From: a virus
Reading direction: 5' to 3' (one strand)
Length of the DNA: 64,000 nucleotides
IMG/VR virus record: IMGVR_UViG_3300037348_000049
Location: 1-64,000 of that record
Both the position numbers and the translations under genes were made by a program. Positions 44,344-56,200 of the stretch are shown one piece after another. The notes under the pieces were generated by a model. It was not told where the DNA came from. It ran no database searches and saw only the letters and a program-made list of their open reading frames with translations. The number at the start of each line of letters is the position of its first letter. Positions within the stretch are counted from its first letter, which is position 1.

Positions 44344-47300
44344 TTATAACTCTGCGTTAGCAATGTAAGTAGAGGCAAAGAAAGCCCCTGATGTGGTGCT
44401 ATTTGCGTTTCTGGTCTCTACAAATCCATCGATAGCCTGTTGAGAAGGGTTACCTGAAGTATTTACAAACCCAACAGCAGCAACACTGGTTAAAGCTATT
44501 GTTGGAACAGTCCTCATTGCGAGCGGTAGGCTGTACTTAGCATAATATGCGGTTCCAGAAGTAACATTTCCACTAAAGATTGATCCATACACCCCTGCAC
44601 TACTGGCATAGTAGTATCGATAGCAGTTCTGGAACTCCACCAAGCTAGTGTAACCACTCCTTCTGAATGGAGCTGCGGCATCTGCCGCCTCGATCTGTAT
44701 GCCAGTAACTTCTATGTAGTCAGCTGGTCCAGCTGTTCCTACTGGTGTGTAAGAGATTCTTATGCCAAGTTGACCTGTAAAAATACTGAGATTTGGTACA
44801 GTTATTGAGTATCTCTGATTAACTCCTGGTGTCAGAATAAATGTACTTTGTGCTTCTGCGCTCTGTGTCTGAAAGCCGTCCCAGAGATTTCCGTCCGTAC
44901 CATCTCCTGTTATTATTTGCGCCAATATTTGACTGTTCGCAGAAGAAAAATTATTTCCAGCACTGGCGTAGAACGAGAAGGTTACTGGACCTCCGGTCAG
45001 GGATGAAACATCACTTGCAACTAAAGAAGTTGCGAGGTTTAAGTTTGACTCACTAGTATTTGAGGGAGTTCTTCCCATTCTTAGTGCATATTGCAGTCCT
45101 GGTACAGCGCTTAGCTCCTGAGACCACGTACCTCCAGAGGCTCCGCCAGTTCTATATACTTGAAACCTGTCTGGACCATAATATGGGCTAGAGTTCATGT
45201 TTCCCGTGAGCCCACGCTGCCAGACATCAAAACCACCATTTACTGCAAGATTTATGGCTTGAGTTTCGCCTGTCGAGCCGGTTGGACCCAGTAGATTTCC
45301 AGTAGATCTCCAGTCACTTAGTCCTAGATCCCACACATACAGTACTCCAAGAACAAAGTAGGCATCTCCTGGACTGCCAGTAGGCTCAGCTATCCTAAGT
45401 TCATCTAGCGTTTCATATGTAGTACTGCTTATGTCTGTGTACCCTGTAGGTCCAGTTGGGCCACGAGCACCTGTTGGTCCAGAGGGACCCGCGACTCCAG
45501 CAGGGCCAGCCGGGCCTAATACGGAGACTGTAATTGCACCTGACAAAGTTGCATCATTTTGAGCAACATAATAAAGAGTGTCAGGAGCATTAAATGGAAT
45601 TTCCCAAATAATCTCTCCGCTGTCTGCTCCAGGGTTTGTAATTCCCGTGCTGTACTCAAAGCTTGCACCGTACGGCCCTGCAATTGTCATAAACCGCAGC
45701 GGGTAGCCTCCAACGGACTCCCCCAGTGAGAATACGTAACGATGGCCTCTAATAACTGATAGTTGAGGGTCGTCAGAGCCGTTTATTGTATAAGAATTAA
45801 AAGCTGCATTAACTGAGACGTTGAAAGTTATGCCACCGCTCGAACCTGTTGGGCCTGTCGACCCAGTACTACCCTGAGGCCCCAATCCACCGGTCTGACC
45901 AATAGCCCCCTGAGGTCCAACAATCTGACCTGCGTTTGTAAAGCTTGTGCCACCCCAGACGTAAAGATCGCCGTTGTCCTGATTTACATATGCGTCATTG
46001 ACAGAGTTAGATGTTATGACCAATGAACCGCCTGAGCCATATCCCGCTGCTGAACCATTAACACTTACAAAGTATAGAGTTGGAGCACCTTCTGGAACAA
46101 CGATGGTCAAAAGACCGTTGGTTCCAGAAGTGCCCGTATATGTTACGCCGCTTGAGTACGCAAAATCAACTACAAATCCGCCAGTAGAGTGGTGGCCATT
46201 AGGCGTAGCTGATAAGTACATCTGGTTGTTTAGATTAGATCCATTGAATTGATTGAAGACATATTTTCCCCCCTCGTGTAAAAATAGGGTCGGCACAGCC
46301 ACACCATCAAATAGGTACCTAACACCATCTGGCGTGCTATCGATTGTCACGACACGGGTTATGTCGTCGGCAGAGTCCGGAAGTGCTGCTTCGTTTTTAA
46401 CTGATGCAATAAGGTTTATGGCAGTACCTTGAGGCCCTGTTGGTCCAGTCGACCCTATCTCGCCGGTCGGTCCTACAATCCCTTGAGGGCCAGTTGGTCC
46501 GACAATCTGGCCGACAGAGTTCCACTCAGTACCGTCCCAAACATACAAGTTACCATCTGCAGTAACTACATAAGCATCATTTACACTGTTACCTGAAGCT
46601 GGAAGGTCTGCGGACGTCGCTACGGATCCCAGTAGAACTATCGAAGCACCCTGAGGCCCGATATCGCCCTCTGGTCCAGTCGGGCCGTCAACACCTACAT
46701 CACCCTGCGGTCCTGTTGGTCCTGGCGTGGTGGAAACTGCACCTGTCGGTCCTGTTGGTCCAACATTACCTTGCAATCCGGTCGAACCTGTTGGTCCTGT
46801 TGCGCCTACGCTACCTGTTGGTCCCGTTGGACCAGCAATCTTACCAACGTTAAACCACCCACCAATAGCATCGGCTACGTATAAGTTGTTATCGTCATTA
46901 ACTACTATAACTGCGTCACCCTGAGACGGGTCAACTATACTATCTAGATCTGAAATATCAGGAACACTACCCACTAAGGTTACTGACACACCTTGAGAGC
47001 CAGTCGGACCAGTCGATCCCTGCAATCCCGTCGAACCAGTTGCCCCAACTGGACCTAATGCACCGGTTGAGCCAGTTAGACCAGTCGATCCTACGTCACC
47101 CTGAGGTCCAACAATTTGACCTACGTTCGACCAAGTTCCGCCATCCCAGACGTAAAGATCACCGGTGTCTGTTGTTATGTATGCATCCGCTACAGTGTTA
47201 CTACTTAAAGGTAGATTTGCCGCCGCTGCCACGGAACCTTTTAGTACTATATTTGTACCTTGAGGCCCTGTTGCTCCAGTAGCACCCAGTGCACCATCAA

Positions 47301-47448
47301 TACCAGTAGAGCCTGTTGGCCCAGTTGGACCTACGGCTATGATTGTCTCTAATGAGTCCCATGTGGTACCTGACCAGACCCATTGCCTGCTATCGGGTGC
47401 AGTGAAAACCTGGTCCGCTATCGGAGAGTCTGGGAAGTTTAAAGGCAT
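44344..47448 (-). CDS. collagen-like fibre protein with cupredoxin-like inserts and C-terminal carbohydrate-binding-like domain
   Basis: [10 protein letters not shown]-terminus; G-X-Y runs; two P.L...G..YVF...[AP]..LY[FY]V domains; C-terminal [14 protein letters not shown]...IQIE...CYRYYY. Confidence 0.85.
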   Translation of the reverse strand: MPLNFPDSPIADQVFTAPDSRQWVWSGTTWDSLETIIAVGPTGPTGSTGIDGALGATGATGPQGTNIVLKGSVAAAANLPLSSNTVADAYITTDTGDLYVWDGGTWSNVGQIVGPQGDVGSTGLTGSTGALGPVGATGSTGLQGSTGPTGSQGVSVTLVGSVPDISDLDSIVDPSQGDAVIVVNDDNNLYVADAIGGWFNVGKIAGPTGPTGSVGATGPTGSTGLQGNVGPTGPTGAVSTTPGPTGPQGDVGVDGPTGPEGDIGPQGASIVLLGSVATSADLPASGNSVNDAYVVTADGNLYVWDGTEWNSVGQIVGPTGPQGIVGPTGEIGSTGPTGPQGTAINLIASVKNEAALPDSADDITRVVTIDSTPDGVRYLFDGVAVPTLFLHEGGKYVFNQFNGSNLNNQMYLSATPNGHHSTGGFVVDFAYSSGVTYTGTSGTNGLLTIVVPEGAPTLYFVSVNGSAAGYGSGGSLVITSNSVNDAYVNQDNGDLYVWGGTSFTNAGQIVGPQGAIGQTGGLGPQGSTGSTGPTGSSGGITFNVSVNAAFNSYTINGSDDPQLSVIRGHRYVFSLGESVGGYPLRFMTIAGPYGASFEYSTGITNPGADSGEIIWEIPFNAPDTLYYVAQNDATLSGAITVSVLGPAGPAGVAGPSGPTGARGPTGPTGYTDISSTTYETLDELRIAEPTGSPGDAYFVLGVLYVWDLGLSDWRSTGNLLGPTGSTGETQAINLAVNGGFDVWQRGLTGNMNSSPYYGPDRFQVYRTGGASGGTWSQELSAVPGLQYALRMGRTPSNTSESNLNLATSLVASDVSSLTGGPVTFSFYASAGNNFSSANSQILAQIITGDGTDGNLWDGFQTQSAEAQSTFILTPGVNQRYSITVPNLSIFTGQLGIRISYTPVGTAGPADYIEVTGIQIEAADAAAPFRRSGYTSLVEFQNCYRYYYASSAGVYGSIFSGNVTSGTAYYAKYSLPLAMRTVPTIALTSVAAVGFVNTSGNPSQQAIDGFVETRNANSTTSGAFFASTYIANAEL

Positions 47449-47488
47449 ACCTTTTTCTCTTTCGTCCTTATGGACTAATTATGTCCAG

Positions 47489-47497
47489 ATTTTATCA
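47489..47497 (-). promoter_or_regulatory. extended -10 element TGATAAAAT
   Basis: Minus strand, in the 115-bp gap upstream of 47448; a second TATAAT lies at 47529-47534. Confidence 0.5.
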
Positions 47498-47563
47498 TAG
47501 TGAGATGTCAAAAAATAAACTCAAAACAATTATACACCCCTAAGGCGTTGGCCAGTGCGGGTA

Positions 47564-49147
47564 CTACTCAATACCGATGGAAAAAGTTTTTTTAGCACCA
47601 AAAGGTATATATGCAAGACTATTTGTTCCTCCCCAGAGGCTATTTAGTACGGTGTAGTCATTATTTTCACCACTATCGTACATAGTAGCCTGCGCCTCTC
47701 TAACTAGCCAGTTCTCTACCTGAGCAGGAGACCACTTTGGATGCACCTGCAATAGCAGAGCTATAATTCCACCTATTTGCGGTGCAGAAAACGAGGTGCC
47801 TGATAGAGTCTCCTGCAAGTAAGCACTATTGCCTGAGTATGTCGAGGACGAGGAATAGACATTGTTGTCACTCATTGCGCCAGTAATATTAGTACCTGCG
47901 GCATATATATTGACCCCTGGACCGGCGTTACTGTACGCTGCTTTGAATTCAGTAGCGTTTGACGGCCCAACCGTGGTATTACCTAATGCTCCTACTTGAA
48001 ATCCAGGCAAATTATTTACGTTTGGGGAGCCACCTCTGTGGTAGTAGTAGTTTTGTAGACCTTCTAGGGTTATAAAGTTATTGTAGTCAGCCCCTCCTAG
48101 GCTGTCTGCTTTGACTGATTCGTTGCCAGAGGCGTTCACTACATGAATCCCTGCGGCAGTCAGTATCCCGATGTCAGTGTCTAGTGATGGCGAGGTGTAC
48201 GGAAACTGAAAAACGTTCTCCGCATACTGTTGACCCGTGTGACCTTTTGTTGGGTCTTTTGTGGCGCCTGGCCAGGGCGTACCTCTATACTCACCGCCAT
48301 TTACCGAATAATACGCTCCGTCCCCAGTAGGATTGAAAGTCAATGCGTCCTGTACAGTGTCCCAGAAGATTCCGAGACCCCAGGCGTTAATAACTACTGA
48401 TGGTCTGTCATTGGTTTTATTTGTATGCCATCCAACCAGAACGTCCATAGCTTGAGTCACTGACAGTCCTGGAAATGGGTCTGACGGCCCCCTGAGTGAG
48501 TTCAACTTTATGGCAAATATTTGAGCCTTTTTTGCCCACCCAAAAGTGTTACCAGCCACTATGCTTGCGACGTGGGTTCCGTGTCCATCATAATCTGCAT
48601 AAAATCCGTTTGGTTGAGTTCCGAACACACCAGACTGAGAGAACCAATTAATTTGTTGAACCCTAGTGTTGCCCGCTTCGTCTAGAAATTCTGGGTGATC
48701 TACTTGGATTCCGCTATCTAAGACCACAATATCTACGCCACTACCGTCTAATACGTAGTCATACGTCCTACCAGGGTCTGCCGAGAATGAACCAAAGACG
48801 TTTGTTTTATATATGTGACGTACAAGTCCCCAATTTTGCCTAGAACCGGTACTGGCGGAGGTCTTTGGAAAACTGCCTGCTTGAAAAGCTCTCTTTATTG
48901 GCTTTATCTCTTCGGGATCTAAAACCTCCGCGACTCGAGGATCTTTCCTCAGCTGGTTGGCTTCTTTTGGGGTTAGCATATAATGAGTGCTTGTAGGATT
49001 TGTAGTTCTAGCATCTGCAACAGCTACGGACCTCTTGGGTATTGCGCCCGCCTGATTAGGGCTTTCTTTAGTTAAATCCTCTAGAACTGACTCTGCCTCA
49101 CCTGTGTTTGGAGTGTATACAACATACTCTCGTCTTTTATTAGACAT
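47564..49147 (-). CDS. subtilisin-family (S8) serine protease with propeptide
   Basis: Catalytic triad DIVVLDSG / HGTHVASIVAG / SGTSFSAP; oxyanion NASGNE; propeptide-like HYMLTPKEANQLRKDPRV; no signal peptide seen. Confidence 0.92.
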   Translation of the reverse strand: MSNKRREYVVYTPNTGEAESVLEDLTKESPNQAGAIPKRSVAVADARTTNPTSTHYMLTPKEANQLRKDPRVAEVLDPEEIKPIKRAFQAGSFPKTSASTGSRQNWGLVRHIYKTNVFGSFSADPGRTYDYVLDGSGVDIVVLDSGIQVDHPEFLDEAGNTRVQQINWFSQSGVFGTQPNGFYADYDGHGTHVASIVAGNTFGWAKKAQIFAIKLNSLRGPSDPFPGLSVTQAMDVLVGWHTNKTNDRPSVVINAWGLGIFWDTVQDALTFNPTGDGAYYSVNGGEYRGTPWPGATKDPTKGHTGQQYAENVFQFPYTSPSLDTDIGILTAAGIHVVNASGNESVKADSLGGADYNNFITLEGLQNYYYHRGGSPNVNNLPGFQVGALGNTTVGPSNATEFKAAYSNAGPGVNIYAAGTNITGAMSDNNVYSSSSTYSGNSAYLQETLSGTSFSAPQIGGIIALLLQVHPKWSPAQVENWLVREAQATMYDSGENNDYTVLNSLWGGTNSLAYIPFGAKKTFSIGIE

Positions 49148-49155
49148 TAACTAAC

Positions 49156-50619
49156 CTACGATCCCTGTAGAGGTGTGATGCTGTTAACCATAGAGGCGTG
49201 GATTGAACAAATATACCTATATAAAGTGGCATCTGTATTTGAAATATCGTAGGGTAGCGTGAAATATAGCGTTCCTGTTGTCTTACCCTGAGCACCGGAA
49301 CCTGTCGACACGGTGCCGTTAGTTGCTACGTGAGTCAAGCCAACGGTAATATCGGAATACGAGCTACCTCCTGCGGGATCTGCTTGAATTTTAAAGGGAT
49401 GACCAGCAACAGAAAGCTTAAATGCAAGGGTGAGTCCTCTATAACTGTATATAGCTGGATTTAATCCGGTATATGGAAATGAGAAGACGTATTGAGTTCC
49501 AGCATTGGTTACAGACACAATTGAAGCAGCAGGATACGCGACCGTGTCTATAGTAACTGCAGCTAAAGTTGGCTCGGACAAAGTGTTAAATGATGCACCT
49601 GGACCAGTGTCACCTGTGGCGCCTGTTGGGCCAGTGCTTCCGCTAGAGCCTGCCGGGCCTGCCGAGCCTGCTGCCCCAGTCGGACCAGTTGGACCTGTTG
49701 CCCCGGATCCGGAACCGCTACCTATTGCAGCCCAAGCAGTACCGTTCCAGACATATACGGCGGCATTAGTAGTGTCATATACAATTGCACCAGTACTAGG
49801 AGTAAGTGTTAAACGCTGTGTCTGAGTGTTGTTCGATAGGATAAATGGTGCAGAATTTAAGGTTTCCGTAGTCGGATTTAAAGTTATTGAAGTGGGAGAT
49901 GATATAGAATATGTCCCCACTAACGTATCGGGTGGTTGGATGGCGGACGTCTCGATATTGCTGACAGCTAGAGTCTCGGAAGTCGCGTCATAAGTGATTC
50001 CTTCATTGGTTTTCCCACCAATTGATCCCGTGGCATCGTCATACAATCCAACAAAAGTCGTAGCTTGTGTGGTGTTAGCGACATCAACAGACCCGCCTCC
50101 ACCCCCGCCTACACCTGCACCCGCAAAAAGCTCCCATGAACCTAATAGATCTGATGGGTCCTCATTCAGGCTTGGAGAGACTGCAATATAGCTGTTACTG
50201 CTGCGCTCTACCGCATCATTTAGCACATATGATGTCAGATCGGACCACGTCCCGAGCCAATTGATTCCAAGAGGACCAGTCGGACCAGTTGGTCCAGCGA
50301 CTCCTATTGGTCCGGTAGGTCCTTCAATATTTCCCGCACTGACCCACTGAGCGCCGTCCCAAACGTATAACTCCTCAGTATCAACTAAGACGTATGCATC
50401 ATTTTCTGAATTATCAGCAGTAGGCAAGTCAGCCTCGGTTGGTACGGATCCTTTGAAAATAAACCCGATCCCTTGAGGCCCAGTTGGTCCAACTGGACCT
50501 GTCGGACCCTCGAGCTCAACTGCCACAACCTGCCAGGCAGTGCCGTTCCACTTCCAGGAGCGATCTGCTACTGAGAATATCTCGTCTGCTGCGGGGGAGT
50601 CTGGAAAATTAATGGGCAT
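49156..50619 (-). CDS. collagen-like fibre protein with C-terminal cupredoxin-like domain
   Basis: MPINFPDSP N-terminus; G-X-Y runs; C-terminal GHPF...YRYICSIHASM. Confidence 0.8.
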   Translation of the reverse strand: MPINFPDSPAADEIFSVADRSWKWNGTAWQVVAVELEGPTGPVGPTGPQGIGFIFKGSVPTEADLPTADNSENDAYVLVDTEELYVWDGAQWVSAGNIEGPTGPIGVAGPTGPTGPLGINWLGTWSDLTSYVLNDAVERSSNSYIAVSPSLNEDPSDLLGSWELFAGAGVGGGGGGSVDVANTTQATTFVGLYDDATGSIGGKTNEGITYDATSETLAVSNIETSAIQPPDTLVGTYSISSPTSITLNPTTETLNSAPFILSNNTQTQRLTLTPSTGAIVYDTTNAAVYVWNGTAWAAIGSGSGSGATGPTGPTGAAGSAGPAGSSGSTGPTGATGDTGPGASFNTLSEPTLAAVTIDTVAYPAASIVSVTNAGTQYVFSFPYTGLNPAIYSYRGLTLAFKLSVAGHPFKIQADPAGGSSYSDITVGLTHVATNGTVSTGSGAQGKTTGTLYFTLPYDISNTDATLYRYICSIHASMVNSITPLQGS

Positions 50620-50631
50620 GATCTAATTATA
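50620..50631 (-). promoter_or_regulatory. -10 TATAAT six bases before the ATG (possible leaderless transcript)
   Basis: Minus strand reads GGTATAAT-TAGATC-ATG. Confidence 0.45.
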
Positions 50632-50640
50632 CCTAACTTG

Positions 50641-53220
50641 TTAAGCTGTTAAATCGCCATACAGGGTGTATGAACCAGATGCTGTACAGATGAGTGTGAC
50701 CTTAGACCACTGACCCGAAGTCAGACGGTCAGCATTCTTAGAGTTTAGGGTGACACCAATTCCAGGAGCGAAAGTCAGCGCGCCAGTACCGCTCTGTATG
50801 AAGTCAACGGATTGCCCAGGGGATAGCACATTATTTACAGTACCAGTCGCTGCTACAGGAGATAGAATTAGCTTGCCCGAGTCACTAGATATGACGGAAA
50901 AATCACCAGTCTTGCTATTAACGGTTCTTGCGACCTCAAACCCTCCAGTTGCACCTGTTGGTCCGGTTAGGCCAGTTGCACCTGTTGGTCCAGTTGGACC
51001 TGCTACACCTACGCCACCAGTCGAACCAGTTGGACCTAGAGGCCCCTGAAACCCCTGGGGCCCAACAACTGAGCCGACTGAGCTATACTGAGTGCCGTCA
51101 TACACATACAAGAAATCATCAGCATCTACGATGTAAGCATCTGAGGTTGTGGCACCTTCGGGCAGATCTGCTACTGTAGCGACCGAACCTAATAAGTTTA
51201 TTGAAGTGCCTTGAGGCCCTGTTGGTCCAGTCGGGCCTGTTGGCCCCAAGGAGCCTGTAGGTCCAGTTGCACCAATTAATCTTCCAACATTATTCCACTG
51301 AAACGAATCCCAAGAGTATGCAGAGTTTTCTGTAGTTACGTTAAACGTATCGTTAACAACGTTACCAGATAGAGGTAGATCAGCTAAGACACCTACACTA
51401 CCTTTAATAAACAACGTGGCGCTTTGAGCACCAGTTGCACCTGTTGGGCCAAAAACCCCTTGTGGTCCTTCGGGTCCAGTAGGACCAGTTGGTCCCTCAA
51501 CTGTTGAGTCCGCGCCCTGTGGACCAGTTGGACCTACAGGTCCACCAGATGGTCCTGTTGGTCCCGTTGGCCCCTGTGCTCCTGCTGCGTTTTGAGCTGA
51601 TTCCACCCAGTAATTATCGAAGTATACGTAGAAACGCCCGCTGGTCCCGTCAAACCAAACATCACCCTCACTTGGGTTTAGTGGAGCTGAGTCTGAGGTT
51701 AAGAATGTGCCGTCAGGTCCAGTCGGACCAGTCGGACCAGTCGGACCAGTTACACCCTGAATTCCCTGTGGGCCAGTTGGGCCTGTAAGTCCTCGAGGCC
51801 CTATGGAACCGGTTGCACCAACAGCACCAGTTGCACCGGTTAGGCCAATTGCACCTGTTGGACCAACCACTGCCCCGGCATTGAACCAGTTGTTGCCACT
51901 CCAGATATACGATTCTTTGCTAGATTGAATAAAGTAGGTATCACGAAGAACGTTCCCAGATGTTGGCAAGTCCTCTGGAGTCTGTAGGCTGCCTTTGACG
52001 TTGATGTTTGTGCCCTGAGGCCCTGTTGCTCCTAGCAACCCGGTAGGTCCAGTAGGACCAGTTGGTCCAGCAGTATTTGGTAGTAGCTCTACCCAGAAAA
52101 GATCATAATATATGTACGCTTTACCGCTTAAGGTGTTGTACCATACGTCGCCGGCGGTTGGATTTTCTGGAGCGGAGTCCCCTGGCCCAAATGCCCCCTG
52201 TGGGCCTGCACTACCTGTTGGACCTGTTGCACCCAAGATTCCAGAAGCTATCACCCACTCTGTACCATCCCAGAAAAATATGGTTGCACCACTCTGCTGA
52301 GTAGGCCCAATGTATGCATCTAGTACGTTAACTCCCGCGGCTGGGAGTGATAAGAACCCTGGGACTGTTCCCAAAATGTTAAATACAACTGCGGGAGATC
52401 CTTCTGGGCCTTGTGCCCCTGTCGGACCTACAGTTCCTTGGGGTCCCGTTATAGGTCCAATATTTACCCATGAAGAAGAATCCCAAAAGAAGATATCCCC
52501 AGTGTCTAATGCAACGTATGCATCGCCAACATTTGCACTTGAAGGAGGTAAGTTTAAAAAGCTTGCTACGCTGCCTCGCAGATCTACTGGCAATCCTTGA
52601 GCACCTGTTGGTCCAGTTGACCCGATTATGCCTTGAGGTCCAGCTGGGCCCGTCGGACCAGTCAAGCCTTGATCACCCTGCGGTCCGAGTAATTCTGCTA
52701 CTGATCCTGCCTGCTCCCACCCGGTGTCGGTTAGTATTTCTAGTTTTTGATAGTCCGTATTAAACCTGACGTATCCAACCTCTACGTTAGTCGGGCGTTG
52801 AGCGACGGTGCCTCTGGCAAAGTAAATAGTGTTTGTATCACCACTAATTATTTTATTTTTAAAGGTTTGCTGTATGTTCTGAGGTAAAACTGCATCATTT
52901 TGTGGTATTCCATTACAGGAAAATGAAATATTAGGACTAGTAGAAGAAACGTATAGCGTGTCTCCCGGATTTACGGCAAACCTAAAAGTTTCAAACGATT
53001 GACCTACTGATATCACAAGATTTTTTGCTATGTACACAGCATCGGCCTCTGTGGTGTAATTCACCGGCCTAATGTACACGTCGACTTTTGCAGAGCTAGT
53101 TGCAGACACGTTTAGGTTTGATACGATTACAGCAACTAAGTGCTCTCCCGTAAACGAAGCTAGCGGGTACGCTGAATCTGCTGCGCTAGCATTTACTGAA
53201 CCTAATCTAATGATTGGCAT
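50641..53220 (-). CDS. collagen-like modular fibre protein
   Basis: N-terminal domain paralogous to that of 42503-44320 (GQS[YF][10 protein letters not shown]); five spacer modules; two P..GDVW..W.E modules. Confidence 0.85.
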   Translation of the reverse strand: MPIIRLGSVNASAADSAYPLASFTGEHLVAVIVSNLNVSATSSAKVDVYIRPVNYTTEADAVYIAKNLVISVGQSFETFRFAVNPGDTLYVSSTSPNISFSCNGIPQNDAVLPQNIQQTFKNKIISGDTNTIYFARGTVAQRPTNVEVGYVRFNTDYQKLEILTDTGWEQAGSVAELLGPQGDQGLTGPTGPAGPQGIIGSTGPTGAQGLPVDLRGSVASFLNLPPSSANVGDAYVALDTGDIFFWDSSSWVNIGPITGPQGTVGPTGAQGPEGSPAVVFNILGTVPGFLSLPAAGVNVLDAYIGPTQQSGATIFFWDGTEWVIASGILGATGPTGSAGPQGAFGPGDSAPENPTAGDVWYNTLSGKAYIYYDLFWVELLPNTAGPTGPTGPTGLLGATGPQGTNINVKGSLQTPEDLPTSGNVLRDTYFIQSSKESYIWSGNNWFNAGAVVGPTGAIGLTGATGAVGATGSIGPRGLTGPTGPQGIQGVTGPTGPTGPTGPDGTFLTSDSAPLNPSEGDVWFDGTSGRFYVYFDNYWVESAQNAAGAQGPTGPTGPSGGPVGPTGPQGADSTVEGPTGPTGPEGPQGVFGPTGATGAQSATLFIKGSVGVLADLPLSGNVVNDTFNVTTENSAYSWDSFQWNNVGRLIGATGPTGSLGPTGPTGPTGPQGTSINLLGSVATVADLPEGATTSDAYIVDADDFLYVYDGTQYSSVGSVVGPQGFQGPLGPTGSTGGVGVAGPTGPTGATGLTGPTGATGGFEVARTVNSKTGDFSVISSDSGKLILSPVAATGTVNNVLSPGQSVDFIQSGTGALTFAPGIGVTLNSKNADRLTSGQWSKVTLICTASGSYTLYGDLTA

Positions 53221-53232
53221 TTTACTTCTTCC

Positions 53233-56200
53233 TTACGCCTGAGCCTCAGTCCAGGTCAGTTTAGCACCTGTAGTAGTGTCAGCAGCGGTCAAACGAGAAA
53301 CTGCAATGGTCAAAATATCTGGACCGTCAGGGAAGGTGGAGTCTCCGCCCAAAATTGAGTTTGATAGCTCGAATAGATCATTAACATCTACCGTTGTTGA
53401 CTCTTCCTGACCACCCTGCCCACCAGCTGCACGGAAGTTGTAGACCTGAACTCCACCAGAAATGGTGTCTGCAGGAGTGTGCTCAACAATTTGAACCAAA
53501 GACGGAGCATTTACTGATTGGAAGTTCAAGTTGTTCAACCTACCGTTCAATAGAAGCTTCACGTCAATGAGTCTGGTCGATGAGATACCAACTTCTTGTA
53601 GACGTAGCTGCATGCGGTTGATAATGTCTCGGTCACCGAGCTTACCCGTCAAACCTTCAGACACCGATGGGCTCAATCGGATTGAGATAAGTGGCTGGTA
53701 GTTTGGACCAGAAGTGTTGTTTAGCGAACCATTTGGGTATAAGAAATAAGTGTACTGAGAGTTACCTTGGGAAGTAAAGTCTACTCCCTGATAAATTTTA
53801 GCAGCCGAATCAGCACCAACTGCTACAGTAGCAGTCTCAGTAGTAGGTACGTCATATGTGAAAGTCGTAGCATTTGATGATGCTTTCACTTTATACACTC
53901 CGTTTGGAACTCGGGTAGACCCTACAATTTTTACCGCCATTTGATCAGTCAACAAGTGAGCCACTGACGTGACAACAGTGACGGTCACACCTGCCTGCTG
54001 AGTTGTTGATATAGCGTTACCAAAAACATTGTCTGGAACCAGCATGACTGTGTTGTCGTCAATAATCAAAGAATCATACACCCTGGAATTCTGTAGATTA
54101 TCAAATGCATTGGCATTCTCCACATTTGTAGTTCCTGGCATCTGAACATTTAATCCAGGGAGTCCGTCAGTTGCAACACCCTCGAATTGTAGCTGGTCAC
54201 CATTTCTGAATCCGTGGTTAGCTATGGTGATAGTATTTTCAGCTGCGTCTATGCCCTGAGAGCTAAAGGACTTTGCTGTAGTCCCAAGAACTGGCAGTGA
54301 CTGGCTCGATGCGGTAAATAGATATGCACGATCGTCATCAAACTTACCATCCATGATTACTGAAGTACCCCAGTGGAATAGTGATGGAATGTAAGTTGGA
54401 TCGTTGTATGTAATTACCTCATAGCGGGCTGGCATGTTTCCAGAACGGAAGTACGACTCATAAAGTTGGTTGTTGTGAACAAACTCATGGATGTATTCAA
54501 CTTGACCACCAGTAGTTTTGAATCCGAAACGGATCTTACCAGCACCATACCATGAGTAATCTATGTAGACCATCTGAATTCTCGATACGTCTAGGTTGTA
54601 TCCAGTTTTTCCCGTACCATCACAGGGGTCAATTGACCAATCTGTCTGAGGTACTCTAACGTCCACAGTCTTTGTAACGATAATGCCTGATTTTGCAGGC
54701 GTTAGTGCGTGAATAGCTGTGGTCCCTACTGAGGAAAGGTCTACGTTTGACTCTGCGTCAGGCGCGGCTTTCAGCTTAAAGGAGTTGTTGTCGATTAAGT
54801 CAACGTAATAAGTATTACCGTTGATTAGGCCACCAATTTGCTCTCCGTCAATTGAGTCGTAGATTACTGGTATGCCTTGAGAGAATCCATGCCCAACTAG
54901 TTGGAACGTGTCTGAAGCCAATCTTACTGCTCCTGCAGTTCCATTACCTGGGTCAAACTCCTTCTGAACTCCAGAGGCACCCTTGTATTCGGGCCTAATA
55001 GTCAAGCGTGTGTCGCTCTCAATGTCGGCGACACGATAAGTTTGGCCACGCAATACAATGTAATCTCCCACTACTAGTTGTGCAGTGAATGCAGTATTCG
55101 TGCCGAAGACAAGCTCAGAGCCTTGTAGGCAAGATACGCTACCGGCCAACTGCTGAGTAGAGGACCTCCGTACAGCATACATTTGCTGACCGTCAAATTC
55201 ATAGAACATTCCGTTTTGGAAGTCAAACATCCCTGATCGAATTGCGCCGTTAGTCCACTCTCTTACGTTAAACTGAGGGAATCCGTAAGCTCGAGACTCC
55301 ACGCCTGCTGGTACTTCACCAACGGCATTAATACGGAAAGTTGTCAGATCATCAACTGTTACTTGAAACTCTCCATTATATAGAGCGCTTAGGTTGCCAT
55401 CAGAGGACTCTGACTGATCTACAACAATAAAAAGACCTGATATCAACCCGTGAGGGCGGCGAGTCTTGCATATAATTTGAGTAGTAGAGAATCTATTCAT
55501 TGATTCTAGATCAATAGAAGGCTTAAAGTTTAGACCAGCGGAAGTCTGGATTCCCTTACCTGACTGATAACGGAAGTACTTACGAGTCTGACGGACAATC
55601 TGACCCAACGAGGTTCCAGCACCGACCGACATCTCAACACCACCATCAAATGGGCGGTGTAGCGCATACCCCTGAGGGCGTACATATAGAAATGTTGGGT
55701 AAGTATAGCTAGCCTCGGAGAACTCGTTAGCGTATGGACGATCTACTGTAATCTGAGTGTCAGAGCCAATGGCGGTAATCTTTCGGATAATTGCGCCAAT
55801 TGGTGCTGTAAAGGTTAGGTGGAAATCTGTTCCAGATCCAACAGAGCTTATATTTACGGTGTTCAGGTTGTTGTCTGCATCGTTTTTCGTGTTATGAAGC
55901 GTTATCTGTGTGGCAGATATTGCACGAACAAAGTAGTAGTATCCATCAACCAAAGGAGCTGGAGGCTGTCCTCCTACCGCCTCAAACTTAACGGTCTCGC
56001 CAGTCGTAAACGTGTTATCTTTTGTAATGATGTCCGTAACTTCACTCACGTCTGCACTACTAAAAACAATCTGCTTAATTATGTTCGGAGGGAATAACCG
56101 GAATCGGTCTCCCACTTTAAGGATCTTGGAGAAAGATGTACCAACCCCAGTAACTAGCACAGAACCAGCGTTCACTGAGGCTGATCCACCACCAGTTATG

